A DNA stretch of 64,000 bases from Pelomyxa schiedti. Its lineage: Eukaryota > Protista > Evosea. Within the stretch, counting starts at the first letter, position 1, and the number at the start of each line of letters is the position of its first letter. The notes under the pieces are model-generated. The model saw only the letters and a program-made list of their open reading frames with translations, made no database searches and was not told the DNA's origin. The translations under genes and the position numbers were made by a program. The stretch is from assembly GCA_020536535.1 (NCBI GenBank), contig JAHLWZ010000663.1:45912-109911 (forward strand), given 5' to 3'. This document shows, in pieces, positions 40,106-52,000 of this stretch.

Positions 40106-43100
40106 TTAGTGCTTTCCCTTTTTTGTGTGTTTTGTTTTCCCCTTGTCGTCAGAGTCACTGGAAGAAGAAGAGGAACTAGACTTTGAGCTTCCATCACTAC
40201 TGGTGTCTTTTCCTTTCTTCTTGTTGCTTGGATTTTTGCCTTTATCGTGAGCGTCTTTCTTCTTGGTCTTGGATTTGTCTTTGGATTTCGTTTTTGCTTT
40301 GGTTTTGTCCTTGCTCTTGCTCTTGCTCTTGCTCTTGCTCTTGCTTTTGCTTTTGCTTTTGCTTTTCCCCTTTCCTTTACCATTGCCCTTTCCTTTCTTC
40401 CTCCCCTCAGATTCTTCCTCTTCTGATTTACTTTCACTTGCACTTTCCTCATGACGTGCAGGAACGACGGCGGGTGTTTGAGGAAGGGGGGTCTCTTCTT
40501 TACTTGAGACGGCGGCATCAAAGTCAAGTTTAGGTAGGGGTGCTAAATTGGATTAGCTCGAGAACAATGAATGAATGAAACGCACAATCCAATTTTGTGG
40601 ACTTTGTCTTTGGTGCACTTTTTCCTTTCTTTGTTTTTCCTTTTGTAGTTCTTGCACGAGTCTCTTTCTTAAATATTGGTTGGGGCAGTACTCGGTACTT
40701 ATGATGTAATTGCTTACTTCAGGGAGCTTGGAGTTCAAAGACTCTTCAAACCGGAAGTAATGACTATGATCAGCCTTGTCAGGATCTAGCTTCGTTTCCA
40801 AGTCGTAGTCAGTTGCTTTAGATTGCAGTACTTCAAGGCTGTCTCCGTTGTTAGACAAAGGTCCGCATATTGGGGACGTACAGGGATACAGCATCTTTGG
40901 GTCTGATACGTGCAACAAAGTGTGAGAGGCAAAGAGTGAGAAAACTTAACCGAGGGAAGCCCCCATTTATTTCTTCGATACTCCACAACATCCCTTGCTA
41001 GGATGTGATAGTGAGTGCTGAAAGCAAATAGTATGGTACATACATGAACAAGGTTAAAGACACTTGTATAAAGATCCTTTTGGGGAACAAGACCGTAAGA
41101 CAACCTAAAAAACCTAGCTAGCTTCTTTAGCTCATCTCCACTAGTAATGTAGGTGCTAGAGGTGGTTGCTGCCGCAGTTGTTGAATCTGAGTCCGACATT
41201 GCATCTTGTTCTGATATGCTGGAGAAACATTGCTCAAGGGTGTATAATACAATTTTCCAGTCTTCTTTTGGATTAGAAGCCCGTAATTTATGGAGAAGTG
41301 CCCTAGCTACTTCATGTACCCCTCCTGGTGCTCTTTTGGTTCATTTTTAGATTGTTTCTTTTCTTTTAGAAATGTACCTGGAACAAAATTGAAGCAATGT
41401 AGTGGCATGCTCCCTTCCAATAGCTTGAAAGAAAACCATCTACAGGGGAAAAAAGGTGAGAAATGCTGTTCACATTTACCTGACACAAACCTTTGCAAAT
41501 GCAATAGCCAGTGCTTTTAGAGGCTGGTAGCCACTGTCTTCTACATCAGCTTTTTCAGTGGTTTGTAGTTCGTCTTCTTCCTCTTGGTCCTCTCCCCCCT
41601 TATCTTTGCCTTTTTTTTTCCCTTTCTTCTTCCCCTTCCCTTTTTTGTGTTTTTTTGATTTATCCTTTCCTTTGCTTTTCTCTTTTCCGCCATCAGTGTT
41701 CTTAGGTTTTTCTTTTGGTTCGCTTGCTATCTGATCTGGAGTTCATTACAGTCAGCTCAAAAGATAAACAAAATTACCGGCAATCCTCTGTTGTAAGAAG
41801 CGAGCAAGCTTAACTTGACTTGTAGGCGGGAACTCGAAAGCTAGGCGTGACCTGACCCCTCTGCCTTTCTTCATGAGAGGTGAAAGGAGTACAGAAAGGT
41901 CAGACAGAGTGATGAAAGCCTTGATGGGATGAGTTAAATGTTGGGAAAAAAAGGTGCAACCTTGTCCGCAATTTTTCGTGATTTGTGTGTTAAGAGACTT
42001 TCGAGAGACAACAGTAGCGAGTCTCTTTCTTCTGCAACTACTCCCACACTAACACCAGCTGTAACAGCTGCACAAGAGCGTCTGGTCTGAGCCTGTGGGG
42101 TAGGCGGAGGCAGAGCTGATTGCTGGTCTGATATAGGAGACGATGGCGCTTGAGACGATTGGGATTCACTGTTATCAACATTGCTTGAACGTGGCTCCAT
42201 ATTAGTGTCCACAGGTGGTTCCATAGAGTATAGAGACCAAAGCAAGTGCTGGTAATTGATCCCAATAGCTGCCACAATCACCTGAGGGTATGTTTAAGCA
42301 ATAGTACTTGATGGTGAGCATATTACATCTTCATCTACAGGATTCCCGACAATGGCCGATTGTAGGAGAGGATCAGTTATACTGTCAAGCTCGAAGTTGG
42401 GAATGTTGTGTTTTGTGTATAAGCAGTGCAATCTCATTAAATTCACTCTTTGGGAAAATCTAGCATCATCAGTCAGCTTGGGAGGTGTTGTTGAAGTCTG
42501 TGGGGATGCTGCAGCTGATTCGGAGGCAGGTGCCTCATGGCTCAGTGGGGTACTGTTTTCTGGTTTATCTGTGCTAGTTATTGTAGCCTGCTGTTTTGGG
42601 AAAAGTGAGTAATGAATAATTTAGAGTTGCGCATACAAGTGAATGAAAAATGTCTGTAGCTAGTTGTGCCACTGCGGCACGTACTTCCGCTCTTTGCTTG
42701 TGTTCAAGTGAAGATAAGCAGTAGAGAGATGTGGCACAACTCTCAAGGAAATCGGGATTGTGGTGTTGCATAAAAGCTGAACAAAGCTTTACAATTACAC
42801 TACTGAGGTACTTTTTGTATAAGTCAGAGAGATAACAAAACTACAGAGAAGGTACTTTTTCCAACCGAAGAAGGGAAATAGATTGCATAGAAAAAAATTG
42901 TGGAATTTCGACAAGGTACTCCATTTTATCTTGATCATCTTTGAACGTCTCCAAAAGGGTAGGAAGCGATTTAATAATGACCATGGTCATCTGATCATGA
43001 TCAGTTTTATCTGTTTCCTGTGAAATAGTTCCCTGTTAAAATCTGCCGCACACAACACTTGCATACAGAGAGGGATTGGAGCTTTGAGCAGTCAGAGGGA

Positions 43101-45759
43101 CTGAGAGCACTCAAAGGCCGGCCAGATATTCGTTTACAGCAGGAGTGTATTACACCAACAAGTGCTGTAAGTTCTGCATCTGACAGATTGGGATTTGGCT
43201 CTGTCCCGTCCACTAGATGTGCTAGTAATGCTTTCCAGTTCTTATCCATTATGTTATCGTAGTAAATACTGTGTAAATTCGCACCCTGAGACACTCGGAG
43301 GTGTGTCGATTATCCCATAACGCTTCAACGACATAATTCGGCATCTTTGGTAGAGCAGCGTGATTAAGAATAAATTCGAACAGACAGTCAAGTTGACTTT
43401 TGGTTCTACTGGTCTCTGTGGGGAGTGCATGTATTTGAATGAGGGAAAGGGAATCTGTGACTAACCATCTCTTTCTTCCTCGATGGATGGGAAGTTAACA
43501 GAAACCATAAAATTCCCCACTGCCTTGCGGATTATTGGAGAATTGTCACTAACAAGTGAATAAATAGTTCTCAAATGTCCTTCTTTAAGAAGCTTTTGCC
43601 TTTGTTGTGAAGGTAAATGGTCAAAGAAACAAATGATGTAATACTTCGCAAGTTTTTCAAGAGTCCTCATTGCCTCAACGGCAACATTGACATCTTTATC
43701 CTTGGTCATTTCCACTATCCTATCCTGAGTCATGTGAGAACTAAGACATTGAAGATGAACAAAACCAGAAATCTTTTGGTAAATTCATGGAGTTTGGTTG
43801 TTCGTTCAGGGTCTTTGAAAATTTTTCTGAGTGATATAAGTGCAGTTTTTCTGACATCTGCTACCTGTGGAAGAAAAGGTGAGATAACATCATGTGATTT
43901 TTCGGTACTCTATCATTGAGGGACCAGCCCAAATACTTAAGCCAACTATCATAGAGGAATAGGCGAGGATGATTGCGTATGTATGATCCAAGTTCTTTGA
44001 TACACATTGATCTAATATCATAGTCAATGTCACGATATCTGATCACAACAATACTGTCAAACATGTATAAGTAAAGAGACAGTGTTTGGAGGGAAGAACA
44101 CTTTTTAGCAATAGAAGTCATTTGTTTGTTTAAGACTTTCAAGTTCTCAGTTAGAGTTGATATTTTGCTGACAAGACTTTGATATTTGCGGGAGTTGGTA
44201 TTCTTTCCCTTTTTGTCCTCTAGTAATAGAGGTGATGCAATACTCAATAAAGATGGGAGTTTCTGTACCTATTGCCTTATGTTGTTTCAGAACTTCCAGG
44301 TCGCCAAGTACAGTTCGTGCGATTTTGATAAGTGAATGAATCAGTTTCAATGCAACGAGTGTTGTGGTGTGTCTAAAAGGCCTTGCTCCAGAACTGTGAC
44401 AGGTACTTTGTTAGGATGAATAATACTGCTAGAGCACATACGCAGACATCGCCGAGAGCCAACATATGAGCCCCTCCAGAAGATATTTATCATACACAAC
44501 ACTGCTTTCACATGCTTCCATGAGCTTATTCCAAAAATCAAGGAAATTGCGACGGAAGTGAGTATATTCTCGATCTTTGGAAACAAGAGGGTAGGAGTCT
44601 TGTGCTTTCTGTGTACAGTTTAACAGGGATTTTGAAAGTGATTGTCCCACTACTTGCCTCTCTGTAACTGGGAGAAATGAGCCGTGAAAGTACAATATCT
44701 ACATCATCGGATTCGTGTTCTTTCTCTGTTACGGCGCCGGGGCATCCACATGCCTGTTATGGTGGCAGATTAGTGTGGACAGGAAAAAGAGAAAGTGGAA
44801 AAAAGCCCACCTGTATAAGGAAGTTGACAAGTTGCACAATGCCTGCAGATGGATTGGATTCGTACCCCTTCATCCAGTCACTGATAAGAGTGGCATCTGA
44901 ACCTCGTAAAACACGCACTGCAGAATATGTTGACAATGTGCCAGAATGACATCATTAACATACGGAAAATATCACCACGTTCCATTGCATCAGCCTTTCT
45001 TCTCTTCTTTTTTGATGGTTGAGTCACAGTTTTAGTCTTTCCTTTTTTCGGTTTCGTGGATTTCTTGTTCGTTTTCTTTGTTTTGTCATCATAGTCCTCA
45101 TCACTCTCATGAGCCTTGCTCTTTCTACGTTTTTTGGGTGCCACATTTTCGTCATCACTGGAGGCCTCTTCCCTGTGAGAATGAGAATCCGAGTCCAAGT
45201 CCGAGCTCGACTCCGATCCCCCTTTCTCTTTCCCTTTCCCTTTCCCTTTGCCTTTGCCTTTGCCTTTGCTGTTCTCCCCACCTTCTTCAATCTCCTTCGT
45301 TTTCTTCGTAGTTTCCTTTCCCCCCTTTCCCGCGCCCTCTTCCTCAGCCCCCGCCGCCTTCCCCTTCGCCTTCTCGCTGTCGCCATCTCTATCTCGGCCA
45401 CGATCACGATCACGATCACGATCACGATCGCGAGCCTCCGCCATTTCGGCGTCGTGGTCCTTGCCATCAGCAGCCGCCTCGCCGCGGTCGTGGCCCCTGC
45501 CGCCCCCCGCTTCCTCTGGCTGCTTCGCGGAAGGCGACGGCGGCGACGGAGGAGACGGCTGCGACTCCGAGGGCGCGCCTTTTCCTTCGTCGTTGGCGCC
45601 GCTGCTGCCGCCGTCGCCGCCGTGGCTCACGGTTACGCCTCCGTCGTCGTCGCCGCCGCCGCCGCCGACGCCATCGTCGACGTGGCTGTCGGCACTTGCG
45701 TGGCTGGTCGTGTCTACTTGCGACAGTAGGATCTGGCTCTGTGCGTCGCTCGGCTCCAT
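40106..45759 (-). CDS. SCC3: Cohesin subunit SCC3/STAG (stromalin); multi-exon
   Basis: YPLVSKD...FRRNFLDFW, RPFRHTTTLVAL, RYRDIDYDIRSMCIKELGSYI...LKYLGWSLND, ELKKLARFFRLSYG. The ORF at 40786-41199 is open upstream and belongs to this gene. Confidence 0.88.
40311..40366. repeat. Hexanucleotide repeat (CTCTTG/CTTTTG) encoding a (KS)n tail in SCC3
   Basis: Tandem ttgctc/ttgctt units. Confidence 0.8.
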
Positions 45760-45982
45760 GTTAGTTCTGCCGATCTGCTAGGCGCTGGTGAGAGACCCTG
45801 GAGGTGGTGTGATTGAGGGGGGTGTCTGAGGGGCTGTGATACTACGCATGGGGTTGCTTTGCAAGGCTGTCAGATTCTGGATTCTGAGCCCTGTGGAGAT
45901 TTGTGAGAAATGCTCATGAAGAAAATACCCAGAAAGCGAAACGGCGAAAAAAAATATTGGTTGCGAGACACACAAAAAAAAA

Positions 45983-46977
45983 ATGGCAACCACACATCCG
46001 TCGCGCACCACCCCGATAAACGAGCCCTTGTTCGTAGTTATTTCAGGTCCTAGTGGCTGTGGAAAGACTTGCATCATCAATGAGTTTGAGCTTTTTTTTT
46101 TTCCCCCGTTTTTTTTTTTTTTTTTTGTTTGTTTGTTTGTTTGTTTGTTTGTTTGTTTGTTTGTTTGTTTGTTTGTTTGTTTGTTTGTTTGTTTGTTTGT
46201 TTGTTGGATATCGATAGACTCAATTTACCTTCTTTTTTACATAGGTTTATGTCCAAGCACTCCGATTTCGTAAGGTGCCTGAGTGTAACCACTCGTGCGC
46301 CCCGAGGCACGGAGAAAGACGGAGGTAGTATCTTTCTTCTATACGATCACATCAAAGTGAATATTGTGTAGTTGATTACTGGTTTGTCTCTGAGGAAGAG
46401 TTCCAAAGGAGAATTGACACGAACGCGTTTTTGGAATACGCCAAGGTACCCTCGTCTGCGCTGTGCTAACATGAAGTTTTTGCCTTTTAATTCGAAATCA
46501 GGTGTTTGGGCGCAACAACTACGGCACTCCTAGGGACTTTGTTGAGTCCAACCTTGCTGCTGGCAGAAGTGTCATAAAAGACATGGATGTGCAAGGTGCA
46601 CTCCAAGTGAAGCGCAACTTCCCAAAGGCCATGTTGGTGTTTGTCAACACTCCAACCAGGGAAATTCTTGAAGAGCGCTTACGAGGCCGTGGCACAGAAG
46701 CCGAAGAGGTATCATTTTCCCAAACCCATTTTAACACAATGCCCCAACAACAACAATAGCACTCACAAATCAACCAAAAAGGTTGTCCAAAGGAGGTTGG
46801 CTGAAGCCAACTCAGAAATTGCACGCTGGAAGGAGTACGACTACTACCTCGTGAACCACGATTTCCACACGGTAAACACCAAACCAACATTCAACACACT
46901 AACACAAAAAATTGCAGTCTGCCGATGCCCTCGCCTGCCTCACACGGGCTGAACAATTCCGTGTAAACCGCGTATAA
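45983..46977 (+). CDS. gmk: Guanylate kinase, bacterial-like; multi-exon
   Basis: VISGPSGCGKT, SVTTRAPRGTEKDG/VDYWFVSEEEF, FLEYAK/VFGRNNYGTP, DMDVQGALQVK, LEERLRGRGTE. Confidence 0.92.
46127..46202 (+). repeat. (GTTT)n microsatellite of about 19 units in gmk intron 1
   Basis: Perfect tandem GTTT run preceded by poly-T. Confidence 0.95.
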
Positions 46978-47153
46978 TCAAAGGCCCGTGGTCTGACCAA
47001 CCAGGAAACACGAGGGAAAAAAGTTAAAGTTGTTGTTTTGGGAACGTGCATTTTCTTTGCGTTTTCTTTTTGGCGTTGCGTGACACGAAAACCCGGACAG
47101 GAAAAAGATCTGCAATTTAAATTAATAATAAATTTAAATCCCGACCAAACAAA

Positions 47154-48985
47154 ATGCAGTCGCGCGCAGCAGCGGTTGTTGTCTTACTTGGGTGTTTTGT
47201 CGCATGTGGGCTGGGGATTATATGCGACCCAGATCCCGGAACACCAGCGAACACGCCAATTGGTGTCGCCAAGGGAATGTACCCTGGCCGCGTTGTGTGG
47301 CAGTATGAGCCTGACGCTTGCACTTGGGACGGTGCTACTGGGTACTGGTGGGAAGACCAGTTGCGTAAAACTTCGCCTATTTAGTTTTTTTAGTTTCCAC
47401 CCTTTAGTGTTCGTTATTAAGTTTCTCCTTACGCAAGTAAAAACCTAGGTACGTCAACTTGAGTATGGTTGAATCTATGCTTCTGAACTCTCTCACTAAA
47501 TTGACAAGCACAACTACCGCTGCTGATGCGTGGAAGACCCTCTTCACGTACGTGGAGCCACCTGATCGTTTTTCCTGTAAAAATAATCTTTTTTAGATAC
47601 TACAACAAAGTCCATTCGAACACTTATAAAGGATACGACAAGACCCAAAAGGTTGCTGTGAAAATCAACCTCAATGGTGATTACGACGGTTATGTGGACA
47701 TCGTCGGCAATGGAGTACGTTAGCCCTTAATCTTTCAACAATCAATTTACGTGTTTGTTGCAGCTCAGTCCCCAATACTTCAAAGCTCTCCTAAGGACAC
47801 TCACCCGCGATGCCGGCATCCCACAAGACATGATCTATGTCTACGATGCCGCTCGATATATTCCTCCGAATCTCTTCGATGGCCCAACAGGGTCTTTCTC
47901 TGAGTTCCCTGACGTGCATTACGTTGATAATGCGGTAATATCTTCTTATTTTTTTTTTTTTCGCCCCTTCTTTTTCCTCATTGGACTCCCAGGGAGAACA
48001 AGGTCGTGAACTGGTGCAACCAGATCCCAATACTGTCTTCTTCTTCAGTGACACAAAGCTTTCCAACTGGAACGTGACACAGTTACCAACTATCGTAACT
48101 GCTGTGAGTTACAAATCTTGAGCCAAATTATCATATTAACGGTCGCTCCAGGCTGACTACATGATCGTGGTGGACAACCTGAGAGGTCACGATTTGGCTG
48201 GTGTAACTCTTAGTGCCAAGAACTGGTTTGGTTCTATTTGGAGGTACTTCCTGTCGTTCTTTTCTTCGTTTCTTAGTGTTGTAAATTACAGGTTGTGCTG
48301 CCCAGACCCATACTGTGGCTGGGAAGTGGGGTAAGACGACTGCTCTTATTTTTAATAAACACTCATTTTACACTAGAACTGAATGTGTCTGCAACACAGC
48401 AGGCCATTGGTGTCCTGCATCTCTGCACGAATGGGTTGATGTTAGTTCCATGCCAATGAATAGCTATACTCCTTTAGTTGACTTGCTTGGACACAGTCAA
48501 CTTGGAGGAAATGCTGTTGTTTTCTTGATGGACGGACTTTACAGTGGCCCCAACGAGCAACCCGATACCTTGCCATGTGAGTTCCAGAGCACACCCTTCA
48601 ACAACCACTGGTCATGCAGTGTTCTTGCCTCTCAGGACCCAGTCGCCCTCGACTCCGTTGCCTTTGACATTCTCCGCAATGAACCCTGCCAGATATATGC
48701 CTCCTCAGGATGCGTTGACAATTGTAAGTAACCACTCTACTACTTCACTAGGTCCTAACTCCTCCAGATATGCACGAAGCAGCACTTGCACATGCCCCTC
48801 CTTCTGGCACTGTCTACAACCCAACAGGGTGAGCACCTCTTCCATTCTATTTAACATACTAACAAAAGCCAAGAACCAAGCAACTTAGCAGCCTTGGTGT
48901 ACATGAACACTGGAATAGCAACACCAAGAGACAGTACACACGAAACTTGCAGACCGGAGGTGGTATTGAATTACTTGAGATTTAA
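47154..48985 (+). CDS. Secreted DUF362-like protein of bacterial type; multi-exon
   Basis: Signal peptide MQSRAAAVVVLLGCFVACGLG. Motifs PIGVAKGMYPGRVVW, KVAVKINLN, NLRGHDLAGVTLSAKNWFGS, ASQDPVALDSVAFD, VDN/YMHEAALA, SLGVHEHWN. Confidence 0.75.
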
Positions 48986-49043
48986 AAGTATTCATTTCAT
49001 TCTTCCAACAACTATCTTCCACAAAATAAATATTATATGGTTT

Positions 49044-52000
49044 TCACAAAGCGGCCTTTCTACTGTGAGGTTGTTAGAGGGAAAAAGGCTTTTTTGGGGA
49101 GGTACATGGCTTCTTCCCACTCAGTCCGCGCCGCTGCTGTTTTGAACTCGAGGGTCCAGTGAAGAACTCCCCTATGACTGGTATTTAGTGGTTGGGGTGG
49201 AAAAAGAAGTAGATATACTCTGAGTTCACTCGGAGTTTGAAGGACTCGCTCTTCTCCAAGTCGAATAGTACAAATGGTGCATTGCACTGAGTGATGAGTG
49301 TGTACGGCTTCTCGTCGGATTGTGGTGACTTCTTTTTTTTGTCAACGAGAACAAGAACGTCTGATATTGGGTTAGGTAAAATGCAGGAATAGGGTGGATA
49401 AAACCGTTGAACAGGAACAAATAGTGATTTGATTTCTTCAAAATGTTGAACCTGTGAGAAACTGAATGATTTTACACCAACCACATTTAGCACTTTCTCT
49501 CTTACCTTGAGGTGGATTTTTCTCGTTTGACATCAACTTTAACAGGGCCTTCTTTGAGGAATTTTCTATTAGGAACAATTAAACTCTATTTTGTGTTAGA
49601 AAGAAAAAAAGACGTTTGGGTGTGAACCTTCATTCCCTCGGCCCCGTTAATGGATGCCGATAATGAAATTAGTTTGTGAGCATTCTCCGCGAGAGATTGG
49701 TCAATGGAAGTATTGATTGCTGTTATAACTGTTCCAGTTTTATCTTTAGCTTTTTTAAGAAGAGCGTGGTCAGGGTGCCAATTTCCTGTGTATTTGAGAA
49801 GGTCACTAATGAGAAGCATGTAGCGTGGAAGTCTGAAAAGAATGAGATTCGAACTTCGGGAAAAATTGCACCTTTGAATGGGCATGATAAGAAAGGAGTC
49901 CAAATTAAGTGGATTCGCAGTTTGCTGAAGAGCTTTTTCAAACCCCTAGCAGATAGTGTGAGAGTCAATAGAAGATGCAGTGTAGAAACCAAAATCATCT
50001 CCTTAAAGCGGGGTCGAGTATTCATGAAGTATGTCACAGCCACATTTGATATATCAAAGTTTCTTAAGTACGCTCCATACTGGCCAAAGAACTCCGCCTA
50101 TGAAGAGGTTGCTATTTACTATGTTACTCCGCCTGTAGGAATACCTCGGTTAAAAAGATATCACCAATAGTGGTGGTTGAGTCTGCCCATGTATCCATTT
50201 TCTTGTTGAGAGAGGACAGGAATTTATGATGATGACATAGGAGCTCATTAACATTTGAGAAGATTTGGTAGAATTCTGAAGCAGAGAGAACTGGAGTTCC
50301 ATGCTTCTCGTTACTAAAAAAGAGTTAATACAAGTCTTTTCCTCCGATTCCCATATTTTTGTTTTGGTGCTGATAGCAATCACTAACTTTAAAAGCGGGT
50401 TTATAAGCTTGTCCACCAAAATATCTAAGCTCTCCACATAACACTGCTCGGTGCTTAAGAGCTCTTTTGCTACACGTTGCCTTACAACGCTCTGTGCCTT
50501 TTGTACACGCTCCTCTTTTTGTGTTAGTGAATGTTGAAAACCTAAATATACCTTGAGGAGTCAATTTTTTGTCTACACTCACTGGTGGTGATTGGGTGGT
50601 ACTTGATGTTGGTTGGCTGCCCTCTTGTGGTGTGTGATGGTCTTCAGGTGTAACCTCCGGTTTGGGAATTGGGACAATATCGGGGGATTCTTCCTTGTGT
50701 TTATTACCGTGTGTCGTCTGATCGGATGAAGGGGGGGTTGAGGGTGTCTGGTCACTTTCCTCAGTTTTGTGATGGCGTTTGTGTGTTTTTGATTGGTGAT
50801 CACCACGTGGTGACACAGATTTTCTATCCCTTGAGGTGTTTGCCTCCATTTCCACTGTTGTTGGTGTCATATCTTTTAGGTGTGTAGAATTGGGTTCTTG
50901 ACTTCCATCTAAGGGAAGCCCCTCAGGTTTGAGTTTGGATTTTCGTTTTGAATGGCTTCGTGACTCCGTTTCCGTAGGGGTTTGTGATTCTTCCCTTTGA
51001 GCTGTCATTGTGACCTTTTCATTGGTGGATTTGCTACTGGGTGTACTTTTCGGCTCAGATGCTGCTTTTTTACGCGGTTCTTCAACTTTCGCGTCCGTTT
51101 GGGGTTCAGATTGGGAGGTATCTTTAGGTTTTGTTTTACCTCTTGATTTTCCTTCCACTGTTGTTTCCGTCCTTTCCTCTGCTTGTGGGTTGGCATCTTC
51201 CTTATGTTTAGTTTTGTGTTCTCTTTCTGGAGGTTCATCCATTTTCACAGATGAAACATGCTCCTCAACAGATGTCTGTTGAAGTTCGACAGCTTTGTTG
51301 TTTTTGTGATGTCGATGTTTGTGTGTGTGCTCAACCTCAGCTAGAGGTTGAGTTGGTTCTTCAGAACCTGTGCCATCCTCTGGTGAAGCTTTCGCACTTC
51401 TGTGTCGGTGTTTGTGTTGATGTGACTCACTTTCATGTGTTCCCGTACCCAACACCACCGGCTGCTCTGTATCTCTTTGAGGCGCTTGCGCTTGTTCCCC
51501 AAATGACGACTCAGATGTGAGTGGAGTCTGTACAGGCACTCCTGTGGACTCTGTGGCTGAGATGTGAGTACCAGTCACTGCTTTGGTTGGTGATGTGTGT
51601 TCCTGGGGTAAATTGTGTGTGTGTTGGTGTCTAGAAGTTTCGCAGTGCTCCTGGCTAGAAGCAACGGGACTATTAGAATGACCAGGTGATACGACAGTAA
51701 TTTTGGTTCCAATTGCAGTGGGAAGAGTAGTATTAGAGATGGATACTTCTGCTGAAAGACCTTTGGTTGATATTTGTGTAGTTTGTTGTGCTGGAGTTCC
51801 TGTTGGGAGTGCAGAACCTGAATTTGAACCACTCCCAAGATCTTTCAAAACCTGTCTAAAGGGTTGGATTTATTGCTTAGTGGGAAGGGAAAAACCGATT
51901 GGAACAAATATTCCAAATCATATTTCTCTCGCAAATATTGCAGGAGAGCTTTTATTTTTTCTGTATTTCCTTGCACAATATCTGGAACTTAATTAGAAAA

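Noticed and set aside
40081-41199. Apparent separate gene starting MSDSDSTT
   Set aside because: The frame is open upstream of the ATG and carries STAG-like ELKKLARFF, so it is the 3' part of SCC3.
46077-46371. ORFs with FVCL/TNKQ repeats
   Set aside because: These are translations of the intronic (GTTT)n microsatellite, not proteins.
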